A stretch of DNA of 64,000 bases from Chrysomallon squamiferum (GCA_012295275.1 CM022671.1:7192001-7256000); one strand, 5' to 3'; counted from the first letter of the stretch, positions 14,226 through 30,148 are shown. A program made the numbers and translations. Notes: generated from the sequence alone by a model not told the origin.

Positions 14226-15333
14226 GACATCTTGTAAATTTTGCAGTTTAGGTCTACCTTTTATTGGTAGGGATTTTTATTTTTATTTTATTTTTATTTT
14301 TTTTTTTTTTTTTTTTTTTTATTGTTATCTTTTTTTATTTATCATATTTATTTATTTATTATTTTTTTTATTATTATTATTTGACTTTTTTTTTTTTTTT
14401 AAAAAAAATTTTTTTTTTTTATTATACATTTATATTTATAGAGATTTTTTAATTATTTTTATTTTTATTTTTTATTACTGTTAGTACAGAAATATATAAA
14501 ACTGTAAAAAGAAGAAAACACTTTCGCTTGTCAAATATTTCAAACCATCCCATTTTTCCAACTCTGATACGGGCAGACAAGCTATCTCTACGATCGGCAA
14601 ACACTCAAATACATTTCCTGTGACCTAATTTACTTTAGTGTAAATATATATTAAACAGTGTGGCCTTATAAAGTGTAATCTTAAGGCAATGTAGTCTTAT
14701 TTAGTCTACAATTCATTAACTTATGAACACGTACGCGATCTCTTTGATTTATTAAAACAGGCTGGTACTTTGTATTCTTGCTACTGAAGCGAAATGATGG
14801 AGGGAAATCAGTGCAGTTCAGTGCCGGAATCTAATAAATCAGACAAAACGAACATTTGCGAATAGGTCGACGAGCGAATGAATTTCAACAGTTTCGTTTC
14901 GGTTCAGCTGAAAGTATGCATACATAAATATAATCATATTTTCAATTTCATTTTTATGTCTGTTGCTTCTGCAAAATGCCACGTGCGAATTTCGATAACG
15001 AAGATCGATAAAAAAAAAAATGTCTTCCAGGTTTTGTCCAGCTGTTGTTGCTACTATTTTCTCACCACCTAGTTTACGTTTAAGCAATCGCAGTTTATTG
15101 TATGTTAATCTTTTCCAGTAGAACTGGTGTACTCGCTTCTGGGTATTGTGTACGAGCCAATCTAATTTGTACGCAGACGTCATGATCTGAACAAGCAATT
15201 AGGTGGAGGTTTTCGTGCGAAATTCGTTATGAAAATAGTTTGACAAATTGACAGACGAGCAACATTATTATATTAATCGAGTTCGTTATAAAGGTCTGGC
15301 TTGGGTTATTGGTTAAGACGTTGATTTATTTTG

Positions 15334-15364
<31 letters not shown>

Positions 15365-15997
15365 AAATAAGGGCACACCTGCCGTTAATTTGTCACACTT
15401 GAACTTCATGGGCAGTGGAAATCGTTTAATTTTATTACGGCTATAGGAAAATAGTATTTTCAAGGTCATGGCGTTCTGCCGTTGTCGTTAACGTTGACAG
15501 ACAGTTTCAGTATAAGAAAAACGTTGTGAATAACATTTAGAAAGCTTTTTATATAATAACAGGTCAAGTAGGCCTGACGTGGGCAATCTCTGATTCACCC
15601 GGAAATCAGGGTGCTATTCAAGTTTGATGAAAAGCGTTTTTTTTTTTACAACTTGTACTGGCTACTGAAGGCACAGATTTGTCAACAGAATTATAGCTAA
15701 ATAATCTAGTCTGAAGCATATGAAATATTGAATATCAGGTTATAGGGTCTAAACCATTTATAAAAATAAAGTTTAGAAATCAGATTTTAAACTAGAATAG
15801 AAAGGGGATGGATGAATTATCAAGATTATGATGATGATGATATAATATTAGCAAAAACAATTATAATGTATTATTAACAATAATAATAATTTTGATACAG
15901 TAACAACATAACTAAGAGAATAATAAAGATAATAATATAATTTATTTAATTATATTTCTCTTTTATGCTGAGGTATGTTTTTAGTTATGTATTTTAT

Positions 15998-16079
<82 letters not shown>

Positions 16080-17125
16080 TTTTTGAAAGATTATTTAAAA
16101 TCAGCATTAATTCATTGTTTCTGTGTGTTTGGCTTTTGTGTTTTGTGATTCTTTCAGTGTTTTTGTCGTGTTTCTTATCTGTTGTAGTAGTCTACATTTA
16201 CACCAGCACAAAGATTCACTCTTGGAGATCAATTCACGATTTCACAGCTTCGCTTTAAACACTCGTTCTTTTTTATTTCTGCTTTGTGAGGACTACATTT
16301 TTAATCGAAATTAAAAATATATAAATTTATTTATTTATTTTTATTTTATTTATTTCATCATCTTTTCCATCACTTTCTTCTTTTTAAAAACGTTTTGAAA
16401 CACACATAAAAAAAAAAAAAAAAACAACCAACAAACAACAACATCTAGTTACAGTTTCACAAATAACGATTTTTCAGAGATAATAATATTCTTCTGACAA
16501 TCTTAGGAGCTGGTCTGTTGTGGAAAGGGACTAGCATGAAGGAAGACTCACACACACACACACACACACACCAACAGACACACACACACATACACACAAA
16601 CAAACAAACCTATGGTCATACACGTTCATATATAGTCTGGCGAATATGTGAAAACATATACGAAACAAAATGGTAATTTTCAGAAATGACAGGCATCACT
16701 CAAACTCTCCTTAGTCTTTATTGTTTCCACATCTCTTGGCAGTAACTGTAAAAAGAAAACGAGAAGAAAAAGATTAAAGGAAGCTGTAGTGTAACTACAT
16801 TTTTATTAAGATATTACCTTTCAAATTATAATTTTCATCTTTCATTTTCACAACAAAAAAAAAATAATGGTATTTTCAAACCTGAATACTATAATAATAT
16901 TGTTCTGTCTTTTTAATTTTTTTTTTTTATATATTTTTTTTTTCAACTTGTACAAAACGAAAAGTTAAAAAAACACGCGCACCATAAAAAAATAATAATA
17001 ACGTCAAATAAAAAAAACTTCTTTCGATATCAGGCTTTGGATATAATTTTCATTACGAGTTACTTTCTCTCTTATACAATCATGTGAATAAGGAATCATA
17101 ATGTGTATATGTGTGTGTGTGTATA

Positions 17126-17163
<38 letters not shown>

Positions 17164-17801
17164 CCCACATGCACATACACATACATACGACATTCACACA
17201 ACCATACACAGACAACACATATTCCCACAACACACACATACTAACATATAAACATATAGAAAACACAAACACACACACAACACAAAACATATATACAGAT
17301 ACGCGCGCATACACATATACATACACGTACATATACACACATACATATATATATATACACATACGCATACACAGATAGTTCACGTACATACACACATACA
17401 AATATACAGACGATTATTACATAACAGCAATATCGTCACGACGGTAGGAGACAAAACAATATCTGAAATCTCATATCCTGAATAAAATCCTTTTTACGAT
17501 TTGCCCTGCAGTCAGTCGACGAATCGTTCCCACCTTTACTCGATATTTTCAAGGCAGCCGTGTATCGATTCTCTTTATTTTGATTTCCACTGTAATTACC
17601 ACAGTTTGGATAGTAACAGCGGCTTCCCAGAACACAGAAACGTCGAGATGCAGCATAACGCAGAAAGCCACAGCGCCGTTGTAAATTCCCCCAATTCAAG
17701 CGAAGTCACAGTCTCTGGTTGGAAACAGTAGTGAAGTATTCCGAAATCGTTAGGCAGTAATAATATAGAATTTTTCTGGACAGTCTTGTAGAGTTATTTT
17801 G

Positions 17802-17880
<79 letters not shown>

Positions 17881-19216
17881 TTTTCAGTCTTTTGTAGTGT
17901 AATTTAGAATTTTATGTCTTATAACATATTCTTGATTCTTGATCAGTCCTCGCTAGAAACAATTTCCATTAACATTTAATTTTCTGATGCAGACTTCTGA
18001 TAATTACTTCGTACGATTTGAAGTTCATCGTAAATTGTGCTATATATTCCTTTAATATGAAGTCGATTATAAACGTCAAATTTCACGTTTTATATTTACT
18101 CTGTATAGTTTAGTCTTCTTGCTGTACTGAACGTTTATCCATATCAACAAGTTAGAGTCTATTAAAATTTGAATTCTGTGTTCTTTTTCCACATATATTT
18201 ATTATATACAGATTTCAGTCAGTTTTAAAGTCCATACTGTACCTTGCTATATAGACTATTACCAAAATCACTTTGCATCTGTTCTGTACCGTATTTATTA
18301 TATGTTTTATCATACGATTTTACGTGTACAGTTCTGTCTTTTCCAAACAGACATTGTCCAAGTATACAGTGTTCAGCCTATTGCCAATTATACACTACGT
18401 ATTCCTCAATTATATTATATATACAATATTCACGACATTCATAAGTAATTACATGCACAATTTTCAGCCTATTGCGAATTACGTATTCCTCAAATGTATT
18501 TACCATGTTCAGCTGGATCTGTTTCAAACTGTATTTTCTGAACATTCTTCCTATATGACTGCAACGTGCAATTTGAAATCATATTCCCTCTGTACCATAA
18601 TTCTTTAGCCAGTTACGGTATGCAGTGTAAATCAACTGCTGGCTGAATATACTATGAGTTCTATTCAGATAAAGTCATCTCGGGTTGCTACTGTTTGCTG
18701 AATGTCTAACTTAAGTCATTGTCATATAAATACAGAGTTTAGTTTGGAATATAATGGTTACTATACCCATCGTTCTTTTAACATAGGCAACTTCAGTGTG
18801 CGTTTTGTATTTTTTTACAAGTGACATACTAAACATCCTGATAGGTAATTATTATAGTTTACAGTTTACTATAAATCGCAGGAATTATCAATTCTTCATA
18901 AAATTCGTACAAATTTGAATGATCAGTTCTTCATTAAAATTAACGAGTAAAAATCATCAGAAAGTGTAAAAATGTTATTCTGTTGTGAAAACAAAAACCC
19001 TTAATAGTATACAGTTTACATGTAACAAAATTTATTTCAATTTTATGTATGTGTGTTAATAATTATTTATTTATTTATTTATTTGTTATTACCACTAATA
19101 CTATATGCTATTATTATTACTGCCACTACTACAGCTACTACTACTGCTACTACTACTATTATTATTATTATTATTATTACTATTACTATAATTATTATTG
19201 TTATTATTATTATTAT

Positions 19217-19248
<32 letters not shown>

Positions 19249-20530
19249 GTATTATTATTACTAGTATTAGTAGTAGTAGTAGAATTTTACTAGTTATATT
19301 TTCACTTTTCACTAATGCATGCTCACTGCACCTCTCATTGCACCTCACCTTTGTACACTTTATCCCACAATGCACTGCACCGATTTTTCAATCATTAGAC
19401 CAGATTATTTCTACTTTTATTTACATAATTTTCATTAGAAATTATTAACAAAATAAAAAGAAAAAAAGTAAAAAAAAAGAAGAAAGAAGAAAAATAGGAC
19501 ATAAAATTTACATTACTTGCATCAAGAACTCTTTCATAATAAAGAATAAAAAAAAGAGATATTTGGTTATAAAATGATGTTTTTAATAATATAAAAAAAG
19601 AAACGTATTTGACAAAAATTTAAAATAAAAGATAAAAACTACAGAGTAAGCTTTATTTTCCATTTAGCATCATGTGACATAAAATAATAAAAATAAAGAG
19701 AACAGAACTGTACTGAAAACAAATTATTATTATTTTTTTGTTCCTTTTTTATTTGAATATGTGTAATATCTTTATAACCATAACAGTATATATATATATA
19801 TGTATGTATGAAAAATCGTTTTTAAGAACAAAGATGCTGAATTTAAAAGTTCAGATTCATTAACGTTAAACTTTACAGTTCAAGAGTTCTTCGAGTTTTT
19901 GGTTTACGTATTTATTTGTATCAGCAAATCAATACTATATACAGAGTCAGATCTGACAAAGAGAGTTCTAGAAATAGCAAAAATAATCAACTGCTAATAC
20001 CACAGAAGTATTTTTATAATTTTTAAATTTATTTTCAAATCATTAAAATTAAGAGAAACTTAGACTATTGAAGTATGTAGGCCTACAAGATTATCTGATG
20101 TTTAATTCGTTTTGGTTTTATTTTCCTTTTGTGTTTGAATCATTATTAAATACAAGAAAGTTTATTGTTGTTGCTGCATTTTAAAGATTTATTTCTAGCA
20201 ATAACAGTCATAACAATAAAACGTGGATAGCTGTGTAATGCGATTAAAAGTTTTCTGTGTTGGATGTAGGATTATGTTTACTTTTATTAGAATTTTATTT
20301 AAATTATCATACTTTCTATAAAATTTTAATTATCGTAGTATTTTCGTATAAATTTAAAAAAAAATTAAAAATAAGTATATTAATGCATATTAAAAACTCC
20401 AAAGTTTCCTAGTCTTCACAGAATCTTTGCAGAATCTATGACTAAATAATTTGAAATTAGTTCAGTTCAGGTTTAAAATTTTAATATTAAGTAACAACCA
20501 TTTATCTTTATTTCTTTCTTTTTAATTTGT

Positions 20531-20651
<121 letters not shown>

Positions 20652-20999
20652 TGGTGTGTGTGTTTCTCCCTCTCTTACTCTCTCTCACCCTCTTTAACTT
20701 TCAAACCCTGAATTTCCCTTTCATTTATTCCCACTCAATCGAACTAATCTAGAGAACTAAATATCAATACAATATTAATATGTAGTTAATACATCATCAA
20801 AAATATATAACATATCGTTACAATATTTAACAGATATTAATACCATCATAACTTCTATTAAATTTCAAACCTTTAAAACGCAATATATTATTTTACTACC
20901 CAATATCTAATAATATCTCACATTATTCATAACCGTTAAACTGTATTATATACAGTGCATTGTCTAAATAATGAGAATATTAATTTGATGACGTTACAG

Positions 21000-21091
21000 G
21001 TCCTTCAGTGGTAGAAACACTCCTGAAAGAGCTGGAACAGAGGGTGGACATACTGGAGAAGAAATACAAAGAGAAACTGCAGAGTAGAGGG
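21000..21091 (+). CDS. USP gene, internal exon B
   Basis: Acceptor ttacAG ends 20999 and donor GTgagt starts 21092. The 92-nt phase 1-0 exon reads (S)PSVVETLLKELEQRVDILEKKYKEKLQSRG, the long helix expected in USPs. Phases match both neighbours. Confidence 0.85.
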
Positions 21092-21229
21092 GTGAGTCAG
21101 TCGTTTGTTGAGATAAATCAGATTTCGTTGTATTGTACAGACGACAGAGAAAATTAAATGTATTATTCGTGTCACGGTTTTGTTTTAATCCAAGTCGGGC
21201 AACATAAGAAAGATTCAAATGGTATAAGA

Positions 21230-21530
21230 TTCATTTATATAGTATGAAACATAGTCGTATTATATGAACTAGATTCATGCAATATGAAAGAAATGTATAC
21301 CTTTTAAAACTGATTCCTACAAAGTTATGAAACATATTCATACTGATGTATACGTTATGAAATAAATTCGTACAGTTTGGAACTATTTATACATTATGAA
21401 ATAGTGTTTATCTGCATAAAAAAATTCATGGTGTATAAAATATATTACGACAAAGATCCATATAGTATGAAACATATTCATATATATATATAAAAATTAA
21501 TATAATATATCTTATAAATATATCATACTG
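21230..21530. repeat. Degenerate AT-rich minisatellite (core tatgaaacatattcata)
   Basis: The tatgaaa core recurs repeatedly across about 300 bp just after USP exon B. Confidence 0.5.
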
Positions 21531-23429
21531 TACACACTAGACAGAACGAAACATTTTCGCAAATCTAGCACTGAATTAGAGAATCCATCATCTACTGAAA
21601 CAAATATCCTTTACGCTTGTTTTATGGTTTTCTTGCGGGAGATATACAGAGACACTGTCACATAAACTGACCAACATGAACTTACAAACACACGTACACT
21701 GACAGACACCTGATCAATAACTTTCAAATGAAAACCGCGTGTTTGCCGTTGTCCTCCGAGTCTTTCACGCAAAACGGCTGAACGACAAATGAAAACACGT
21801 CTTCAGGTTCACCTAAATCACTCGCCTCGTTTTTGTCTTCAGTTGAGAGGAAAACATCACAACACCGAAGAGACAATCTCTAAGACAATGTTTACTCGGG
21901 GAAAATCGAATTAAATCTTCTGCCCCCTTTTTTTTTGGATCTAAACTCTGAACCATGTGAAAAGAATTGGATTTCTTCCTTACACGGTTTCTTCTGTGTT
22001 CTTCTTTCTTCAGTTCAGATGGGAAAACAGACGCAGATGGTTCATTAGTTTTACGATTCCGTTATCGTGATTTCAGTGTCAGTCGTTACAGCGCGTTTGT
22101 CATTGAAGGTCATCTGGATTACATGAAACATCTTTAAAATAAAAAGTTCTACCACATGCTAGCATATATATTTTTATTATTAGCTTTCTTTAAAATTATT
22201 AAATGATAAGTTTTATTATACGTGTATAACAAATGTTTTTCATAATGCAGATATCGTTAATTTGTTTATCGTCATCAGTATTAATTTCTGTTAGATTTTA
22301 CACTTGATTTAACAAACGTTTCGGGTAATGTAAGTGTCAGTGATCTGTATACGTTTTTTAAATAGTTGACTTTATTTTATTTGTGTCTTCACTTAATATC
22401 ACCTTTCTTGATTTTGTCTTTACAATTTTTTAAATATAAAGTTTTATTACGTATATCTTTTTGATTTATATAGTTTTCTGTTCACGGATTTGTGAATCAT
22501 TATTTTATTATCGTTCTGTGGTAATTTTATCGATATAAAAATAAGCTGTCCAGATAACCAGTGTTTTCATTTACACAATTTGACAGTTAGACGGATGCTC
22601 TGGAGAAACTGTACACATCAATAATCTTATTGTAAATATGTAATAGCTACATTTGTATTAAGAAAACATTTACCTTAGTTTTTAATATTGAGATTATTGA
22701 TGTGCTTTCATATCGTCATAATAATTATTATTTAAAAAAAAAAAAAATTATTAACCATTAATATAAAAATGTAATGATGTCTTTAAACAGTTCATTCATT
22801 CATTCACATTCTTAACGAACTAAATGGTGTTTCGATAAAAATATTTATAAACTGTATGAAGACAGAACTAAAACGTCATACAATTCATTGAAAAATCTTT
22901 TTCCACTTTCATCTGACCAATTTCATCTGACCACTGAGTGGACACAACTCACCAAATATTTATGTAAACTGTTTTCACAAGACTCAAAGATAATATAATT
23001 TTACTGGACAGGACCATTTTTTCTTGAAATCACTGAGTTGTATGCAACAATGAAATTCGTAATTAAAGTCAACAAATCTTAACAAAGACACGGAAAGTTA
23101 GTAATATTCTCATTTGACTCTTTCTTAGTGCCGTTGGAAATAGTTTGGCAATAATGAATTACTTTTTTTATTCAAGCCAGAATCAAATTATCGATAGCGT
23201 GAAAGACTTTCTACGTCCAGTTTCTATCAAAACATTCTTTGTTACAGCAGTAATAGTCAAACACGAGAAGAAGTTTAGAGAGAAAGAATAAGAACTCGCA
23301 ATTAACAGATTAATATAATATAAACCAAATTCTTAAATACATTTTTTTTTAAAATAGGAGAATAATAAAAAATGAAAGATGTCCTATAAAATAAAGTTGA
23401 TTCATACAAGATATACAATTAAAATAAAA

Positions 23430-23493
<64 letters not shown>

Positions 23494-24642
23494 GTATACA
23501 GATCCAGATAAATCGAAAATAATTTTGTTAATAAAATATTAATAAAATTTAACAAAAACAAAAAAATCAGATTCCAGAACAGAATACTGAAGTAAAATAA
23601 TCCATCAATATAAAACAGACTGTATAATAAAAAATATTAATACAATATTAAATATACCCATACTGTATGAAACAGATTAATAAAATATTAGACAAAACCA
23701 GATATTAATACATATCTTTGTGTCTTCGTGTTAAAAAATAAAATACTTCTTACCAGATCTAATACAAATGCATGTGATACATCAAAGTATCTTGTATCTT
23801 ACGCTTGTTGTCATCTTCGTAAAGGTCAAAAATCAGTGGAAATGTTTTCATTTCATTATTTATGTATGACAGCATCAGCTAAGTCTTATAGAGCCTTTAA
23901 TAAAACATTACTCGTATGACACATAACGTCATGGCATTAGATATCAGAACTTTAATTATAAAAGTATTTATAAAGTTATTTTCCATACGGAGTTATTTAT
24001 CCTTTTGTCTGACTTTTGGGAGTGATTGTAAACATTACATTTACATAAACGTATCGAAAAAAAATAAAAAAATAAAATAAAAGGAAAAAAATAATAAAAA
24101 ATAATGTCGATATTTGCTCTTTTTTTTATTTATTTATTTATTTGATTTATTTTTTTTTTTTTTTTTTTTTTTTTTTTGAAATTAGATTGGAAAAATAATG
24201 CATGTTTCGTGTTTGTTATCTTTCGCTGTAATTTATTGAGTCGTTTTGGTTGAGTATCATTCATTTTTTTACGTTTTATTCAGTCCATTTATATCAGTGA
24301 ATATGTATCTTAATAAAATATTGTAGTTTCGAAATCAGTTTTTTGCTTTGGTCAACCGATTCTATCGATATCGTTCCACTTGTTCGGAATGATTTAATGC
24401 GGAGTAACGTGAATATATTCCCAATTCATTTTGTCGCTTTGCAACTGTCGTTTACAGACTGAGCCAAGGGCAGTATACTCTGTTGGGTTAAATGACAAAT
24501 GATAGTTATTTCCGTTGATCATTTTTCTTTTTCTTTTTTATTTTCAACATTAATTTTGCACAGAAATGATGTGCAGTTATTATAATTATTTATTCAAATA
24601 TAACTGATTCATTTTATCATATGATTTTTATTTATTTATTTG

Positions 24643-24692
<50 letters not shown>

Positions 24693-24769
24693 CATTATTA
24701 TTTTTTTTTTATTAAATATTTATTTATATATTTTTCTTTCCTTTACTTTACCTCAATATTTTTTTTCAG

Positions 24770-24976
24770 ATCAGCGGAAAATTCCGAACTGGTTCGGGTA
24801 AACCCGGAGAGGTTATCGTCGGTATCGCCAAAGAAGAAAATTCGTCACTGATAATCACGGGAACGCGAGGCCTCGGCAAGTTCCGTCGAACCATTCTCGG
24901 CAGCGTCAGCGACTACATTGTTCACCATTCCAACGTGCCTGTCCTTGTGTGTCGAATGAAAACTCAAAACAGCTAG
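24770..24976 (+). CDS. USP gene, terminal coding exon
   Basis: Acceptor tttttttcAG ends 24769. Reads ISGKFRTGSGKPGEVIVGIAKEENSSLIITGTRGLGKFRRTILGSVSDYIVHHSNVPVLVCRMKTQNS* (TAG 24974-24976). Contains the USP signature G-x2-G-x9-GS and the C-terminal PVLV strand. Confidence 0.95.
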   Translation: MSGKFRTGSGKPGEVIVGIAKEENSSLIITGTRGLGKFRRTILGSVSDYIVHHSNVPVLVCRMKTQNS

Positions 24977-25283
24977 ATATTCGCGTCTGATGACGTAATT
25001 ACACCCGATATTTCACCTTTGTGATGTCATATCGTGGACATTTAACATTGCCTTGTTTTTCAAGTGCACGTCGCCTCAAATTCATTATGACGTCATAAAT
25101 ACCAATTGTTTTATTTTTTTTGTTAATTTTTATTATTTATTTATTTATTTATTTTATTTATTTGTTTATTTATTATTATTTGTTTGTCTGTTTGTTTGTT
25201 TGTTGAGAGGTGTACGTGTTTTCTTGTGTGACCCTTTTTTCAAATTTTTATTCGATTTGTTTTTCTAACGAGTCTTGTGTTGA

Positions 25284-25289
25284 ATTAAA
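25284..25289 (+). terminator. Candidate polyadenylation signal (ATTAAA) of the USP gene
   Basis: ATTAAA about 310 nt after the stop codon, followed by T-rich sequence. Position only; no transcript evidence. Confidence 0.3.
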
Positions 25290-25358
25290 TTATTTTGTAG
25301 ATACGTTAATCTGAGTGCGTCTGTCAAAATAGTTTTTTTCTTTCTTTTCTTGTAATGG

Positions 25359-25450
<92 letters not shown>

Positions 25451-25831
25451 ATGTAATTGATTGTTTTTCTTTCTGTTCTGTTTGAAAATGTTAATGTTAT
25501 TATTATTTGTAAATTACCTGTGGTAAGCAGTTATGTTCGTTAAATATTGTTTATAATACTGTGTAGAAATAGAAAAGGTTTGTGTACCAACTGATAGTGA
25601 ATTGGGGGACCAAACCTTACATAATTATACTTAAATATGGAAAATATTATTCCTGGACAACAATAACAAGAAGAAGAAAAAAGAATATATAAAGTTTTCA
25701 AAAAATATAAGAAAGAACAAAAACAGCATTATAATCAATACTGTTAATCAAATGTTAGATTTAATATTTAAAAATTATTTTGTAGTAATTTCACTAAAAT
25801 TTGGGTAGATCACTATGCATGGAAGAAATAT

Positions 25832-25883
<52 letters not shown>

Positions 25884-26145
25884 AATCACTTGAAATTAAT
25901 TGTCCCGGCCGAGGGTTTATTTATACCAGAGGTACGTTTGAGTAATGGAATTATAAGCACGTGACGTTAAAAAAAATGACACTATGACGTCACGCGATCT
26001 CTACTGTAGAGGTAGTAATTTATTTTATACTTGTAATGTTAGCTATTAACTACTCAAGTGTTGTATTTAGAGATGAAACTTTAAATAATATGACAATAAA
26101 TTAGATTTAAACTAGTTTTTGTTTTCTATTGATATTGCTGTCTTC

Positions 26146-26232
26146 TCTCCTGAGACGTGATTGGTTTCTGGATCAATCCTCCGTTGAGTGACTGTTGAAC
26201 TATTTCCCGTTACAAACCAGGGCTCTGTGGTA
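26146..26232 (+). mobile_element. 5' fragment of the SINE-like family
   Basis: B-box-like ggatcaatcc followed by gaactatttcccgttacaaaccagggctc. Assignment rests on a recalled family consensus. Confidence 0.4.
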
Positions 26233-26991
26233 TTTATTGGGCATTTTGGTATGGCTAATAAATTTTGAACATGTCCCCCTTCTCTATCCAAAAATATTTA
26301 TTACGTATCCTCCTAAGTCTGAAATTATGTCAAAAATACGAAATGTTTTACCTTCAATAAGTGCTGATGATAATGACGTGAATAGTGGAACGAAAGCTTT
26401 AATAGGAATTCGGTTTGACAGGACTGCAAAAGTTATTCCCCTTTGATGTGTAGAAGACCAAAACCATCGATGCTGTACAGTCATTTATGATATACATTAT
26501 ATTCTGATGTTTATTTTATTTTATTTTATTCTTGTTGTTATTTAAATTTAACGCTTACAATGATGACGACACCATTCAAGACAACATCAACAACAACATA
26601 AAAAATGCAGTAAAATAATATTATTTATCAATAATTTATACAAGATAAAAGGAACAGTCTAAATTAAAATATACAGTACAACTAATTACAAATCATGAAC
26701 ACACGCGTTTATATGTGACTAAAGGCGCTAACTCACGGCTTAATTTATGTTAATTATATTTCACCTAATATTACGTATTATGACAAAAGTGCTAGGGATG
26801 CACCATTCAAAGTATAAACTGTTGAATTAATGGAAAGTAGTAAGCTTTGAACCTTTAAGCATATAGTTGATTAACAGAAAATTAATTTTTTGAATAACAA
26901 AATCTTAAAATATTTGTTACATTTTTCTTTTGGTCTAATGTTTTTTTTTCTTTTTTTTTATTATTATTATTATTTTGTTTTAATTTGTTTT

Positions 26992-27069
<78 letters not shown>

Positions 27070-27200
27070 TTTTTATTTTTTAAATTAAATATTTCTTTGT
27101 ATTTATTTATTTATTATTATTTCATAAACATAAAAAGTGCCTCTGTAATGTATAATTATTATTGTTTAAAAAATTAAAGTTATCATGAATTGTACAAAAA

Positions 27201-27341
27201 ATGTAACACAGCAAACTGAAATAGTTTCTATAACAAATAAGTAACCACTACTATTATTATTACATGTATAAAACAATGAACACTTTCATGTATTTAATAT
27301 ATGTAACACAACAAACTGAAATAGTTTCTATAACAAATAAG
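27201..27341. repeat. 41-bp direct repeat at 100-bp spacing
   Basis: atgtaacaca(g/a)caaactgaaatagtttctataacaaataag at 27201 and 27301. Confidence 0.85.
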
Positions 27342-27365
27342 AACAAATACAACACTATGCTAATA

Positions 27366-27396
<31 letters not shown>

Positions 27397-27689
27397 TCAA
27401 AACAACATCACAACTGCGGCTGTAGCAATAGTAGTTGTTGTTGATTTTGTTGCAGTAATAAAAATAATAATCATTATTATAACAATAAAAAAAAAAAAAA
27501 ATAACAGTTATAATTATAATACAACTGTACTGCGAGATTATATTCTGCCATAAAATATATATAATTAATCAAATAAGCAGCACTTCATATAAAAATAATC
27601 CATATCTAACTATTATATACAAATTATAATAATAATATTCACAAAAGAATATAGATACATTATTCTCAATGTCAAATCACATGTACATT

Positions 27690-27722
<33 letters not shown>

Positions 27723-27754
27723 TGTTTTCAGTATCAGGCGATTTATACGCACGT

Positions 27755-28378
27755 GTTTTCAATATCAGATATATGTTTTCATTGTTAGACATTTTCTTTT
27801 AAATATGGGACATATTGTTTTCAATGTCAGACATATATTGTTTTAAATATCAGACACATATTGCTTTAAATATCAGACATATATTGTTTTAAATATCAGA
27901 CACATTGTTTTAAATATCAGACATATATTGTTTTAAATATCAGACATATTTCTTTAAATATCAGACATATTGCTTTAAATATCAGACATATATCGTTTTA
28001 AATATCCGACACATATTGTTTTAAATATCAGACACATATTGTTTTAAATATCAGACATATATTGTTTTAAATATCAGACATATTTCTTTAAATATCAGAC
28101 ATATATTGTTTTAAATATCAGACATATTTCTTTAAATCAGACATATTGCTTTAACTATCAGACATATATTGTTTTAAATATCCGACACATATTGTTTTAA
28201 ATATCAAATACATATTGTTCTAAATGTCAGACATATATTGTTTTAAATGTCAGAAACATATTGTTTTAAATATCAGACACATATTGTTTTAAATGTCAGA
28301 CATATATTGTTTTAAATATCAGACACATAGTTTTAAATATCAGACATATATTGTTTTAAATATCAGACATATATTGTG
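27755..28378. repeat. 21-23-bp minisatellite, about 25 or more copies
   Basis: Unit atatcagacatatattgttttaa with 2-bp indel variants. Confidence 0.95.
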
Positions 28379-28484
28379 TCCATTGTCGAAGATATAATAT
28401 TTTCAATATCATGCATATCATACTTAATATCCAGTGCTGATATACAGAAACAATTAACATTAATGTCACAGTATATCATGTAAA

Positions 28485-28612
28485 TGATAAAACAATCATC
28501 ATTAATGTTACATAAAACATCCTTTCTGTAACACGAAACATTAATGTATATTAAAACATTATTAATGTAATATAAAACACCATTAATGTAATATAAAACA
28601 TTATTAATGCAA
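28485..28612. repeat. About 21-bp minisatellite
   Basis: Unit approximately taaaacatcattaatgtaata, about 5-6 copies. Confidence 0.75.
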
Positions 28613-28857
28613 AGTTATGGAATTATTACTGTCAATCTTCAGTCATGAATAACATTTTTTTCCCTTCACAAAAAGCTAGTCCCCTTTCGTGTCTGTTAAT
28701 TAAATGTAAAATACACAGTAACAGTAAGATTTGAGCGAGATCTTGATGTACGTAATATGCATTTTATTTCCTTCTTCTTTTTCTGGCGACATTTTAGATC
28801 GTGAAATATCCTGAAAAAAAAAAAAAAAAAAAATTAAAAAATTAAAAAATTAAATTC

Positions 28858-28921
<64 letters not shown>

Positions 28922-29013
28922 ATTTGTTTATTTGTTATTTTTCTTCTATTCATTTTTTGTTTATATGTTTTTTGTTCTTATTGTTATCGTTATTATTATT
29001 GTTGTTGTTATTA

Positions 29014-29096
<83 letters not shown>

Positions 29097-29623
29097 TTTA
29101 TTTTTATTATTGATGAAGATGATGACGATATCACAGATATTATTGTTATTCTTCTGGTGTTTTTTTTTTTCTTTTTTGTTATTGATGTAGCAATTCTCCT
29201 CTTCCAATTTACATTTGTATGACGACCACACAAACACGAACATCATCATCATCAACGTTGTTATTTAAACAACAGAAACATCCAAAACCAAACAACACAA
29301 TCTCTGAGCAAACAGATCAAAGTCTTAGACGGACATTTCAAACACAACGTCGTCGTGAATGAAGTGCCCACAGGTGTCCGTTGACACGTCAGTGACGTCC
29401 ACGTTACAACAGTGTGTTTGTACACAGAGCAGCGTGTTGGAGCACGACGTCATGGGGGACGGCAAAGTAAACGGTACAGAAATTTTAGTTATTTTTCGCT
29501 TGACGCAAAGACGTTATAATTACGTGTGTACACGAGTTGTGCGAAATTTGTGTCAATATGTAAGAACAACATCAAACACAGAACAGTCAATAGATAATAA
29601 TAAGGTTAATATTAGAGAGTACG

Positions 29624-29694
<71 letters not shown>

Positions 29695-30148
29695 GGTATT
29701 GTTATTATTATCGTCATTAGCATTACTATTTTTTTTTTTATCATTATTATTTTTATTGTTATTACCGTCATCATCATCATCGTCATTACCTTTATCATCA
29801 TAATCATCGTTATTATCATTAATAATGTTGTTATTATTGTTATTTTTGTTGTTGTTGTCGTCGTTGTTATTTCCAGATCTAAAAATGGGTTACATCTGTC
29901 CTATACATTGTTAGACGAAAGCTATAAGTTTTAAATAAATTAAAAAAAAACAACATTTTATTCATAATGGTGTCTTGAATTTGATAATTACTTATCATCA
30001 ACAACAGTAGAACGACAACAAGAACAATAATAATAACATTAATGATAATAACAACCATTAAAAAAAAAAAAAAAAAAAAATATAAATATATTTCACAACA
30101 TATTATTAATATTATAAATTATAACTTTACCTGAACTAAACCCATTCA

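Noticed and set aside
17436-17731. Overlapping 87-aa and 76-aa ORFs in a USP intron as a nested gene
   Set aside because: No ATG start, no recognisable domain in the frames read and no convincing splice sites.
30126-30135. Donor-like CAG|GTAAAG shortly after the chitin-gene stop (possible 3' UTR intron)
   Set aside because: No matching acceptor or exon could be identified; unsupported without transcripts.
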